DNA from: an uncultured Actinomycetota bacterium
Lineage (GTDB): Bacteria > Actinomycetota > Actinomycetes > JAFAQI01
Length of the DNA: 64,000 nt
Direction of reading: 5' to 3'
Assembly (NCBI GenBank): GCA_963770565.1
Contig: CAVYQE010000002.1
Location: 160,001 to 224,000 of the forward strand
Part shown: positions 52,094 through 61,728 of the stretch, one piece after another
Layout of the letters: every line of letters begins with the position of its first letter
Position numbering within the stretch: position 1 is the first letter of the stretch
Made by a program: the position numbers and the translations under genes
The notes under the pieces: generated by a model
What the model was told of the DNA's origin: nothing
The model's database searches: none
Seen by the model: the letters and a program-made list of their open reading frames with translations, nothing else

Positions 52094-54043
52094 TCAGCCG
52101 CGCAGCAGGTCGAGCACCTCGTCGGCGTACTGATCGAGCTTCTTCGGGCCCACCCCGGGCACCGCCGCCAGCTCGCCCCGGTCGGCCGGCGCGCGGGCCG
52201 CGATCTCCTCGAGGGTCTTGTTGTCGAACACGACGTACGCCGGAACCCCGTCGCCGCGCGACCGTTCGAGCCGCCAGTCGCGCAGCCGCTGCACCACCGG
52301 GTCGTCGGACAGAGCGCGCTTGGCCTTCGCCGGCCGCTCGGGCAGCAGGGTGACCGGGCGGATCCCGTCGAGGAAGCGCGACGGCTTGCGCGAGCGCCGG
52401 CCACCGGCCGCCCGCGCCAGCGCCCACGACAGGCCCAGATGGCGGCGGGCGCGGGTGATGCCGACATAGAGCAGGCGGCGCTCCTCCTCGACCTGCTCCG
52501 GCGTCGTGGCGTGGGTGATGGGCAGCGTGCCGTCCACCAGCCCGACGAGGAAGACCGCCTCCCACTCGAGCCCCTTTGCCGAGTGCAGCGAAGCCAGCGT
52601 CACGCCCTCGACCGGCGGGGCGTGCTGCGCGTCGGCCCGGGCGGCCAGCTCGGCGACGAAACCGTCCAGATCGGCGGCCGCGTCCTCGGCGACGAACCCT
52701 TCGGCGAGGACGACGATGGCACGGAGCGACTCCCAGCGGTCCCGCGCCGCACCGGCCGCGCCGGGCGGGTTCGCGGTGAGACCGGCGGAGGACAAGACGT
52801 CGGTGACCGTCTCGACCAGACCGGTGGGCTCACGGTCCGCGACCGACCGGGCCGCCCCGCGCAGCAGCACGACCGCCTCGCGCACCTCGGGGCGGTCGAA
52901 GAAGCGCTGGCCGCCACGCAGGACGTAGGGCAGGCCGGCATCGGTCAGCGCGGCTTCGTAGAGCTCGGACTGCGCGTTGACCCGGAACAGCACCGCGACG
53001 TCGCGCAACGGCACGCCTTGCTTGCGCAGGGCGGTGATCCGCGCCGCCACCGCCGCCGCTTCGGCCGGCTCGTCGTCAAACGCGTCGTACGTCGGATCCG
53101 GGCCGTCGCCGGCCTGCGCCTGCAGGCGGGCGCCGGCGATCACCCGGTTGGCCAGCGCCACGACCTGGTTGGTGGAGCGGTAGTCGCGCACCAGGCGCAC
53201 GACCGTCGCGCCCTCGAACCGGGTCGCGAAGTCCTTGAGGTAAGACGGCGAGGCGCCGGTGAACGAGTAGATCGTCTGGTTCGGGTCGCCGACCACGCAG
53301 AGGTCGTCGCGATCGCCCAGCCAAGCGTCCAGCAGCCGCTGTTGAAGCGGGTTGACGTCCTGATACTCGTCGACGGTGAAATGCCGGTAGCGCTCGTGGA
53401 TCTGGGCCGCGATCCCGCGGTCGGTCTCGATCGCGGCGGCGGTCAGGAGCAGCAGGTCCTCGAAGTCGAGCTGGCCGCGATCGGCGTTCACCTGCTCGTA
53501 CGCCGCGAACACCTGCCCCACCACGTCGATCTCGAGCGGCGGAAGGCGGTTGGCAGCGCGCGCCCGCTCGGCGTAGTCGGCCGGCTCGACCAGCGCCGCC
53601 TTCGCCCACTCGACCTCGGCGGCAAGGTCGCGCTGCACCGGCACTGCGGCGGTCACCCGGCAGGAGGCGGCGGCGGCGCGGATCGCGGGGAGCTTGCTCT
53701 CGATCAGCGTCGGCATCGGGCCGGCCGAGATCCGGGGCCAGAAGTACTGGAGCTGGCGAAGCGCGGCGGAATGGAAGGTCCGGGCCTGGACGCCTTCGAC
53801 GCCGAGGCCGCGCAGGCGGGCCCGCAGCTCGCCGGCCGCGCGAGTCGTGAAGGTCACCGCCAGCACGTGCTGCGGCACCGCCAGGCCGCGATGGCTCTGG
53901 TGGGCGATCCGGTGGGTGACGGCGCGGGTCTTGCCGGTGCCCGCACCGGCCAGGATGCAGACCGGCCCCCGGGGCGCTTCGACCGCCTCGCGCTGCTCCG
54001 CGTCGAGCCCTTCCAGGACGCGGTCAGCGGGGTCGGCAGGCAT
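52094..54043 (-). CDS. uvrD2: ATP-dependent DNA helicase UvrD2 with HRDC domain
   Basis: AGAGTGKT, VDEYQD, SLHSAKGLEW, VPAYVVF..GVGPKKL. Confidence 0.95.
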   Translation of the reverse strand: MPADPADRVLEGLDAEQREAVEAPRGPVCILAGAGTGKTRAVTHRIAHQSHRGLAVPQHVLAVTFTTRAAGELRARLRGLGVEGVQARTFHSAALRQLQYFWPRISAGPMPTLIESKLPAIRAAAASCRVTAAVPVQRDLAAEVEWAKAALVEPADYAERARAANRLPPLEIDVVGQVFAAYEQVNADRGQLDFEDLLLLTAAAIETDRGIAAQIHERYRHFTVDEYQDVNPLQQRLLDAWLGDRDDLCVVGDPNQTIYSFTGASPSYLKDFATRFEGATVVRLVRDYRSTNQVVALANRVIAGARLQAQAGDGPDPTYDAFDDEPAEAAAVAARITALRKQGVPLRDVAVLFRVNAQSELYEAALTDAGLPYVLRGGQRFFDRPEVREAVVLLRGAARSVADREPTGLVETVTDVLSSAGLTANPPGAAGAARDRWESLRAIVVLAEGFVAEDAAADLDGFVAELAARADAQHAPPVEGVTLASLHSAKGLEWEAVFLVGLVDGTLPITHATTPEQVEEERRLLYVGITRARRHLGLSWALARAAGGRRSRKPSRFLDGIRPVTLLPERPAKAKRALSDDPVVQRLRDWRLERSRGDGVPAYVVFDNKTLEEIAARAPADRGELAAVPGVGPKKLDQYADEVLDLLRG

Positions 54044-54148
54044 CGCGTCATCCTCGCAGCCGGTGCCGACGGTTCTCGCGCCGCCCGGGGGAAGGTGTGG
54101 GCCGGACGCGACGTTGTGGATACGTAGACGGGGGATTCGAGGAGAAGC

Positions 54149-54394
54149 ATGACCGGCCGACTGACGATGTACACCACGACGTGGTGCGGCTACTGCGTGC
54201 GGCTCAAGCACGGGCTGGAGCGGGCCGGCATCGACTTCGACGAGGTCAACATCGAGCACGATCCAGCGGCCAAGGAGTTCGTGCTGGGGGTCAACGGCGG
54301 CCAGGCCACCGTGCCGACGCTCGTGCTCGCCAACGGCGACGTGCTCACCAACCCGCCGCTCCCGGCCCTGCTTGCCGCGGTCGCGGCCGGCTGA
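54149..54394 (+). CDS. mrx1: Mycoredoxin
   Basis: TMYTTTWCGYC, VNGG..TVPT. Confidence 0.9.
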   Translation: MTGRLTMYTTTWCGYCVRLKHGLERAGIDFDEVNIEHDPAAKEFVLGVNGGQATVPTLVLANGDVLTNPPLPALLAAVAAG

Positions 54395-54409
54395 GCGCCG
54401 CCGCCCGTC

Positions 54410-55213
54410 TTACCCGGTTGCTGCCGACTTGAGGAAGTCGTTGACGATCGAGACGGTCCGGTCGGTCTGATCGGTCCAGAACAGGTGTCCCGCGCCGGGC
54501 AGCCACTCCAGCCGCGCGCCCGGAATCGCGGCCGCGAGCAGGTCGGCATTGCCGGCCCGAACGAGCTTGTCGGCGTCGCCGTGCATCACCAGGGTCGGCA
54601 CCCGGATCTCGCCCAGCCGCGGCAGCGTGCCGTCGAACCGCCGCATCGCGTCCAGCTGACCCCAGTACGACGTCGCCCGCAGGGGGTAACGCAGCCGCGC
54701 GCCGAGGTCACCGTCGATGTCGTCGCGCGAGGTCGTCTCGGCGTACAGGAATGGCACCGATGCCTCAACCGCCTCGCGAGCGGACTTGGGCGTCCGGTCC
54801 ATCAGCATGGTCGCCGCGGCCGGGTCCATCCGGACCGCATCCGGGCCGCCCGGATGGGTGGCCCCGAGCACGAGCGAGACCACCCGCCCCGGGTGCCGGA
54901 GGGCGAGCTCCTGGGCGATCAGGCCGCCGAGCGAGACCCCGAACACGTGCGCCCGGCTGACACCAGCCGCGTCAAACACGTCGATCGCGTCGTCGGCCAT
55001 CTCCTCGATCGACCAGGGCGTCGGCGGCACGTTGCTGCGCCCGACGCCGCGGTTGTCGAAGCGGATCGTCCGCCGCGGCCCGGACAGTCCCGGCAGGACC
55101 CGGAACCACATGTCCGCGGTGTAGCCGAGGCCCTGGATCAGCAGCAGCGGCGGGGACCCGTCGCCCTCGGCCGACCACCACAACGTGACGTCACCCTTCG
55201 TTGTCACCGCCAC
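54410..55213 (-). CDS. Alpha/beta hydrolase
   Basis: FDNRGVG, GVSLGG, HGDAD, AGH. Confidence 0.92.
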   Translation of the reverse strand: MAVTTKGDVTLWWSAEGDGSPPLLLIQGLGYTADMWFRVLPGLSGPRRTIRFDNRGVGRSNVPPTPWSIEEMADDAIDVFDAAGVSRAHVFGVSLGGLIAQELALRHPGRVVSLVLGATHPGGPDAVRMDPAAATMLMDRTPKSAREAVEASVPFLYAETTSRDDIDGDLGARLRYPLRATSYWGQLDAMRRFDGTLPRLGEIRVPTLVMHGDADKLVRAGNADLLAAAIPGARLEWLPGAGHLFWTDQTDRTVSIVNDFLKSAATG

Positions 55214-55251
55214 GGCCGTGATCGTCCCCTATCGCCTGCTACCGTCCGGCC

Positions 55252-56049
55252 GTGGCTGGTGATTTGAGCGCCTTGCTCAACGATCTTCGGGCCGAGTCCG
55301 AGGACCTCGACCACGTCATCGCATCCGGTGGTCCGGACGCGCCCGCGACGCCGACGCCCGCGGTCGGCTGGTCGGTCGGCGACACGATCGGGCACCTGTG
55401 GTTCTTCGACCGGGCCGGCCGGCGTGCACTGGAGAACCCGGACGGCTTCAAGCGGGAGGTCGGCGTCGTCATGGCCGACCCGCGGGCATTCATGGCCGAC
55501 CACCTCGTGCAGATCCGGCGGCTCGGTGAGTCGCTCCTGCCGGCCTGGCGCGAGGAACGCCGGCTGATCATCGCCTCACTGGAGGCCACCGATCCGGCGC
55601 TTCGCGCCCCTTGGTACGGGCCGCCGATGTCGCCGATGTCGTTCGCGACGGCGCGGTTGATGGAGACCTGGGCGCACGGCCAGGACATCGCGGACGGGCT
55701 CGGCATCCGGCGGATCCCCACCGACCGGCTGCGCCACATCGCCCACCTCGGCGTGCGCACCCGGGACTTCTCCTACCAGATCCACGGCCGTACGCCGCCG
55801 ACCACGCCGGTGTATGTCTCGCTCACCCTGCCCAGCGGCAAGCCATGGACCAACGGCGACCCCGACGCCCCGGATCGGATCGAAGGCCCGGCGATCGACT
55901 TCTGCCTGCTCGTGACGCAGCGCCGGCTCGCCGACGACCTGACGCTCCGGCTCACCGGCGATGCCGCGATCGAATGGATGTCCCTCGCCCAGGCGTTCGC
56001 GGGCGAACCGTCATCGACCGATCGAAGCCGCAAGGGGCTCGGCCGCTAG
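55252..56049 (+). CDS. TIGR03084/MDMPI-family metal-binding protein
   Basis: TPAVGWSVGDTIGHL, WYGPPMS..ATARLMETWAHGQD. Confidence 0.88.
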   Translation: MAGDLSALLNDLRAESEDLDHVIASGGPDAPATPTPAVGWSVGDTIGHLWFFDRAGRRALENPDGFKREVGVVMADPRAFMADHLVQIRRLGESLLPAWREERRLIIASLEATDPALRAPWYGPPMSPMSFATARLMETWAHGQDIADGLGIRRIPTDRLRHIAHLGVRTRDFSYQIHGRTPPTTPVYVSLTLPSGKPWTNGDPDAPDRIEGPAIDFCLLVTQRRLADDLTLRLTGDAAIEWMSLAQAFAGEPSSTDRSRKGLGR

Positions 56050-56067
56050 TGCGACCTGCCGCCGGCC

Positions 56068-57552
56068 TCAGCCGGCGACCGGGGCCAACTCATCGGCGCT
56101 GATCGATGCGTCCCGCCGTGGCTTCATCGTCGATGCGGCGTCGCGATCGTCGATCTGCAACGCCAGCCAGGCCGCGCTCAGGGCGATGGCGGCGGCCACC
56201 ACGAACGCCCAGTGGAACGCCGCGAGGTTCGGCCGCACGTGCCCGGCCACGTGGTGCGAGACACCGACCGCGGAGATGACCGTGGTCAACACGGCGACAC
56301 CGACCGCACCGCCTACCTGACGTGCGGTGTTGAACAGGGTGGACGCCCGGCCGGTCGCGGCCTGGCTGATCGTCGCGAACGCGGCCGCCTGGGACGGCAC
56401 GAACACGTGCGAGATCGCGAGGCCCAGCCCGAACATCGCCAGCCGCACCAGCCACAGGTTCGTGTCGAACCCGACCAACGTGAAGGTCATGATCACCACG
56501 GCCAGGCTGGTCAGGCCACCTACGATCAGCCGACGCGGGCCCAGCCGAGCGTAGATCCGGGTCGCGAACTGCGCGCCGATCATGACGCCCAGCGCCTCGG
56601 GGAACGTCGTCAGGCCGGCGTTCAGCGCCGACAAGCCCAGTCCGTCCTGGAAGAACAGCGCCGCCAGATACAGCGTGCCGAGGAAGGCGGCGGTCGTGAT
56701 GAACAGCACCAGCGTCGTCGTACGGAACAACACATTGCCGACCAGGCGGAGGTCGATCATCGGCTGGGCGACCCGCAGCTCGTGGCGTACGAGCGCGGCG
56801 AGCAACGCGAGACCGACGAAGCCGAGGGTCAGGATCGGGGTCGATCCCCAGCCGTGGCTCGGGCCCTCGGACAGGGCGTACATCAGCGAGGCCAGACCCG
56901 CGCCGGCCAGCACGAAGCCGCTGGCGTCGAAGCGCCCGGCATCCGGCTCACGATGCTCGTGCAGGAACAAGCTGCCGAACACGATCGCGAGGAAGCCGAT
57001 CGGCAGGTTCACGTAGAAGACCCATCGCCACGACGCGTCGCTGACCAGCAGGCCGCCGAGGACCGGCCCGAGCGCCGGCGCGAACGCGGTCGGCACGATC
57101 AGGATCCGCGACGCTCTGACCCGCTCGGCCGGCGGGAAGGTGCGGAACAGCATCGCCATCCCGACCGGGGTCAGCATGCCGCCGCCGACGCCCTGCAGGA
57201 TGCGGAACGCCACCAGCTCCGGCAGGCTCTGCGAGAGCCCGCACAGAGCCGACGCAGTGGTGAAGATCGCGAGCGCGAGCAGGAAGATCCGCTTCGTGCC
57301 GAACCGGTCGCCGAGCCATCCGGACGCCGGGATGAAGACCGCGAGGCTGACGAGGAAGCCGACCACGACGCTGTCGATGTGGGCCGGGTTGACGTTGAAG
57401 TCACGCGCCAACGTCGGCAGCGCGACGTTCACGATCGTGATGTCCATGATCGCCATGAACATCGCCAACACGAACACGATGCTCACCGAGACCTTGGGGT
57501 CCAACCGGTGAGCCAACACAACAGGTCCCAACGGTACGACGGCGCCCCACAT
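56068..57552 (-). CDS. DHA2-family MFS efflux transporter (start uncertain)
   Basis: DITIVNVALP, GWLGDRFG, WRWVFYVNLPIG; many TMs. Confidence 0.93.
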   Translation of the reverse strand: MWGAVVPLGPVVLAHRLDPKVSVSIVFVLAMFMAIMDITIVNVALPTLARDFNVNPAHIDSVVVGFLVSLAVFIPASGWLGDRFGTKRIFLLALAIFTTASALCGLSQSLPELVAFRILQGVGGGMLTPVGMAMLFRTFPPAERVRASRILIVPTAFAPALGPVLGGLLVSDASWRWVFYVNLPIGFLAIVFGSLFLHEHREPDAGRFDASGFVLAGAGLASLMYALSEGPSHGWGSTPILTLGFVGLALLAALVRHELRVAQPMIDLRLVGNVLFRTTTLVLFITTAAFLGTLYLAALFFQDGLGLSALNAGLTTFPEALGVMIGAQFATRIYARLGPRRLIVGGLTSLAVVIMTFTLVGFDTNLWLVRLAMFGLGLAISHVFVPSQAAAFATISQAATGRASTLFNTARQVGGAVGVAVLTTVISAVGVSHHVAGHVRPNLAAFHWAFVVAAAIALSAAWLALQIDDRDAASTMKPRRDASISADELAPVAG

Positions 57553-57589
57553 TCCATCCGGGCGGCTCTGCCGGTCGCAGCGGCCGGGC

Positions 57590-58447
57590 TCAGCCGCGCT
57601 CGAGCCACCCGCTGATCAGCCAGTACGCGATCGACGCCGAGGGCGGGAACGTGCCGGTGCCGCTGCGCAGCTCGTCCCGGGTGAACCAGCGCACGTCCTC
57701 GAGCTCCTGGTCGGCAGCCGCAACGGTGCCGCCGGAGACCCGGGCTTCGTAACCGAGCATCAGAGAGGCGGGGAACGGCCAGGGCTGGCTGGCCCGGTAG
57801 ACCACGTCGTCGACGGTCACGCCGGTCTCTTCGAGCACCTCCCGGTGCACGGCCTGCTCGGCAGACTCGCCGGACTCGACGAATCCGGCGATCGTGGAGT
57901 ATCGGCCGGCCGGCCAGATCGGCTGCCGCCCGAGCAGTGCCCGGTCACCGCCGTCATGGAGCAGGACGATCACCGCGGGATCGGTCCGCGGGAAGTGCTG
58001 GGAGCCGTCGACGTCGCAGCGCCGCGACCAACCCGCCTGGATCACCCGGGTCGGCGCGCCGCACTGGGGGCAGTGGGTGTGCGTCGCGTGCCAGTTGGTC
58101 AGGGCCACCACCGTGACCAGCAGGCCCGCGTCGCGATCGCTGAGCGCGGCACCGACCTCGCGGAGGCCGAGCGGCCGGGCGTCGAGCCGCCTCGGCAGCT
58201 CGCCGAGAGTGCCCCAGAACGCGACGCCGTCGTCGTCGATGCCGAGCAGCAACCGGTCGCCGCCCTGGTCCGCGGCATCCGTGCCCGCGAACACGAGCGC
58301 GGGACCGTCGTCGTCAACGTTCGCGCGGCCGTCGCCGTCGAGCACCAGGAGCCGCCCGGACTCCCACGCCTTCTCGAGCCAGGCGGCGTCGTCCCGCTTC
58401 GTCGCGGCCCGATCGACCGCGGTCCGCGACAGAGTGGGGACGCTCAC
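57590..58447 (-). CDS. nudC: NADH pyrophosphatase / NAD-cap decapping enzyme
   Basis: CPQCG, FPRTDPAVI, AGFVESGES..REVLEETG, SQPWPFPASLM. Confidence 0.95.
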   Translation of the reverse strand: MSVPTLSRTAVDRAATKRDDAAWLEKAWESGRLLVLDGDGRANVDDDGPALVFAGTDAADQGGDRLLLGIDDDGVAFWGTLGELPRRLDARPLGLREVGAALSDRDAGLLVTVVALTNWHATHTHCPQCGAPTRVIQAGWSRRCDVDGSQHFPRTDPAVIVLLHDGGDRALLGRQPIWPAGRYSTIAGFVESGESAEQAVHREVLEETGVTVDDVVYRASQPWPFPASLMLGYEARVSGGTVAAADQELEDVRWFTRDELRSGTGTFPPSASIAYWLISGWLERG

Positions 58448-58473
58448 CCCGCCACCCTAGAGATCGGTTCCGG

Positions 58474-61400
58474 TCAGGGCGCGGACAGCAGGGCGGCGAG
58501 CTGGTCGCGATCGAGCAGCCGATCGGGGCGCTTCAGCTCGCCGGTCCGGACGTAGAGGAAACCGGCCCGGACGTTCGACGGCTCGACCGCGGCCAGGTCC
58601 GCCCAGGCGAGCCGGTAGATCGCGAGCTGCAGCGCGGCCGAGGCGAAGTCGCGCGGCACGGATCCGGTCTTGTAGTCGATCACGTCGTAGCCGCCGTCGG
58701 CCTCGCGGTAGACGGCGTCGATCCGCCCGCGCACCAAGCGACCGCCGATCACCATCTCGAACGGCGACTCGACCGCCACCGGCCGGCGCTCGCCCCAGCC
58801 GTCGGCCAGGAAGCGCTGCTGCAGGTCGGCCAGCTCGAGGTCCGAGACGTCGGCATCCTCCGCGCCGGGCAGGTCGTCGGGCTCGAGCAGCGGCGCCGCG
58901 CCGTACAGCTGCTCGACCCACCGGTGGAAGCGGGAGCCACGCTTGGCCTGCGCGACCGGCCGGGAGGGCATCGGCCGGGCGAGGGCGCCAGCGAACCCGT
59001 CCGGATCCGTGGAAAGGGACACCACCTGGCTGGTCGTGAGCCGGGCGGGCAAGGTGACGTCGATCGTCGTACGCCGCCGGCGCCGGGCCTCATCGACCAT
59101 CAAGCCGGCGTCCCGCCACCAGCCCTCGGCCGTGACCCGTGCCGTGCCGCCGAGCTCCGCCGGCTCCGCCCCGGCCGCAGCCACCACCATTGCCGCGGCC
59201 GCCCGGCGACGCTCGAGCCGGACCGGGTCCGGCGTGACCGGCCAAGGGATGTCGTCGTGCCCGGACTCGACGAGGTCGTTGACGGCGTCATCGTCAGGGT
59301 CGTCGCACCAGTCGTCGACGGTGACGGTCGGCGCACCGAGCGCCTGGACCTGCTCGAGGAACGTCGACGGCTTCATCCGCTCCCGCCGGGTCTCGCTCCA
59401 CACGTAGCCGGACAACCACAGCCGATGCCGGGCGCGGGTCATCGCGACGTAGGCGAGCCGGCGCTCCTCGTCGGCCGCATCGGCGGTGCAGGCCTGCTTG
59501 AACGCGTCGATGTCGGCGTTCGCGTAGCCGGTCAGGACCGGAAGGTCGGCGCCGTCGCCACGACAGGCGAACGGCAAGACGTGCGCGGCACTCGTCCACG
59601 ATCGGCGGCCGCGATCGGACGGGAAGACACCGCTGACCAGGCCCGGAATGGCGACCACGTCCCACTCGAGGCCCTTCGCTGCGTGGACGGTCATCAACTT
59701 GACCGTGTCGGCGTCCGAGCCGGACGCGATGTCGAGGCCGTCCTCGTTCTCGCTGGCGGCCCGCAGGAAGGCGAGGAACGCGCCGAGGTCGGACTCGCCC
59801 TCAAGCCCGCTGAAGTGCGCGGCCACGTCGAGGAACGAGTGCACGTTGGCGAGCCGGGCGACCGCAAGCGCAGCATCGGTGGCCTCGATCTCGACGTCGA
59901 GGCCACTGCTCCGTACGACCTCGGCGATCACGTCGACGATCGGCTGTCCGGCAAGTGTCCGCAGCCGGCGGATCTCCGCAACGAAGCGGCCGAGCCGTTC
60001 CCGCGCCTCCATCGACAACGCCGCCGACCCTGGCGACTCGGCCGCCTCGAGCAGCGACGGCACCTCGACCGGGTCGACCGAGGCGGTCGCGGCCTCGAGG
60101 GCGTCATCGAGGTGGCCGGCCACCGCCTGCTCGTCGGCGACCTCGGTCCCATCGGCCGCCTCGGCTTCCGCGGTCGGCGCGCTCGGCTCGCCCGGCCCGA
60201 ACGGCCGCAGGCGGGCCAACCGGTCGGCACGCGCGCCGAGCGCGGCGAGGTCGCGGACCCCGATCCGCCACCGCGGCCCGGTGAGCAGGCGCACCGCGGA
60301 CGCGTTGGCGGTGACGTCATTGAGCAACGCCAGGACCGCGACGATGTCGCTGACCTCCGGCATCGCCAGCAGGCCGCCGAGCCCGACCACTTCGACCGGG
60401 ATGTCGCGCTCGACCATCGTGCGGTGCAGTCGGGCGAAGTCCATCCGCCGCCGGGCGAGCACCGCGATCTCGCCATACCTCGTGCCGGCTGAGTGCGCAT
60501 CGACAATCCGCTGGGCCAGCGCCTCGGCCTCATCGATCGCGGTCAGCGGGCGGCTGACGAGGACCTCGCCAGCGTCCTCGGCGCCCGGTCGCGCGGACAG
60601 GATCAGCCCGTCGTCGCTGCCACCTCGGCGCACCAACGACTCCGCGAGCGGCTCGGCGATCCGGTTGGCCGCCGCGAGGATCCGACCGTCGCAGCGGAAG
60701 CTGGTTGCCAGCGTGAGCCGCGCGCGCGGCTCGTGCCCGGCCCGGGTCGGGAAGTGCTCGTCATAACGCGTGATGTTGCTCAACGAGGCGCCGCGCCAGC
60801 CGTAGATCGACTGGTTCGCATCGCCGACCGCGGTCACCGGATGGCCGTCGCCGAACAGTGCGCTCAGCAGAATCCGCTGCGCGACGCCGGTGTCCTGGTA
60901 CTCGTCGAGCACCACGACCGAGAACCGGCGGCGCTCGAGCGCGGCGACCTCCGGGGCTGCGGCGACGATCCGGCAGGCGAGGGCGACCTGGTCGCCGAAG
61001 TCGATCAGGTCGAGCCGGCTCTTCTCCGCGTCGTACGCCGCGACCAGGCCGAGCAGCTCGTCGCGCGCCAGGGTCTGCTCGATGATGTCCCGCGCCGGCT
61101 TCAACGGCTTCGGCAGCGCGCCGATCTCGGCTCGCACCCGCTCGTCATGACGGCGAACCGCGTCCGGCTCGGCGAGGTGATCGGCGAGATCGCCGGCCAG
61201 GAGGACGACCAGGTTCGCGACGTACGGCGTGGTCCAGTTCAGGTGCGCGAACGGGCCGGTCGCCCTGGTCGCGACCCGCATCGCGAGCTGCCACTGCACG
61301 GCCTCGGACATCAGCGTCGCGCCCGGCTCACGACCGATCCGGAGCGCATGGTCGCGCACCAGCGTCGCGGCATACGAGTGGTACGTCGCAACCGTCGGCA

Positions 61401-61728
61401 CGTCGTCGTACGGATCGACGTCGTCGATGCCCGGCTCGGCAATCGCGCGAGGCAGCCGGGCGAGGCATCGGCGGACCCGCTCGGCGAGTTCGCCGGCCGC
61501 CTTGTTGGTGAAGGTCAGGCCCAGGATCTGGGCAGGTGGCACCCGGTGGAAGGCGACCGCGTGCACGACCCGGGCCGCCATCACCATCGTCTTGCCGGAG
61601 CCCGCACCGGCGGTCACCAGCTGCGGCGTGAACGGCGCGGTGATGCAGGCCAGCTGCTCAGCGGTGAAGTCGACGTCGAGCAGCTCGCGCAGGTAGGAAC
61701 CGGAGGCCTCGGGACGCGGTGCGGTCAT
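58474..61728 (-). CDS. adnB: Helicase-nuclease AdnB
   Basis: AGAGSGKT, LDEYQDT, TVHAAKGLEW, RGRIDAV..IDYKTG. Confidence 0.9.
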   Translation of the reverse strand: MTAPRPEASGSYLRELLDVDFTAEQLACITAPFTPQLVTAGAGSGKTMVMAARVVHAVAFHRVPPAQILGLTFTNKAAGELAERVRRCLARLPRAIAEPGIDDVDPYDDVPTVATYHSYAATLVRDHALRIGREPGATLMSEAVQWQLAMRVATRATGPFAHLNWTTPYVANLVVLLAGDLADHLAEPDAVRRHDERVRAEIGALPKPLKPARDIIEQTLARDELLGLVAAYDAEKSRLDLIDFGDQVALACRIVAAAPEVAALERRRFSVVVLDEYQDTGVAQRILLSALFGDGHPVTAVGDANQSIYGWRGASLSNITRYDEHFPTRAGHEPRARLTLATSFRCDGRILAAANRIAEPLAESLVRRGGSDDGLILSARPGAEDAGEVLVSRPLTAIDEAEALAQRIVDAHSAGTRYGEIAVLARRRMDFARLHRTMVERDIPVEVVGLGGLLAMPEVSDIVAVLALLNDVTANASAVRLLTGPRWRIGVRDLAALGARADRLARLRPFGPGEPSAPTAEAEAADGTEVADEQAVAGHLDDALEAATASVDPVEVPSLLEAAESPGSAALSMEARERLGRFVAEIRRLRTLAGQPIVDVIAEVVRSSGLDVEIEATDAALAVARLANVHSFLDVAAHFSGLEGESDLGAFLAFLRAASENEDGLDIASGSDADTVKLMTVHAAKGLEWDVVAIPGLVSGVFPSDRGRRSWTSAAHVLPFACRGDGADLPVLTGYANADIDAFKQACTADAADEERRLAYVAMTRARHRLWLSGYVWSETRRERMKPSTFLEQVQALGAPTVTVDDWCDDPDDDAVNDLVESGHDDIPWPVTPDPVRLERRRAAAAMVVAAAGAEPAELGGTARVTAEGWWRDAGLMVDEARRRRRTTIDVTLPARLTTSQVVSLSTDPDGFAGALARPMPSRPVAQAKRGSRFHRWVEQLYGAAPLLEPDDLPGAEDADVSDLELADLQQRFLADGWGERRPVAVESPFEMVIGGRLVRGRIDAVYREADGGYDVIDYKTGSVPRDFASAALQLAIYRLAWADLAAVEPSNVRAGFLYVRTGELKRPDRLLDRDQLAALLSAP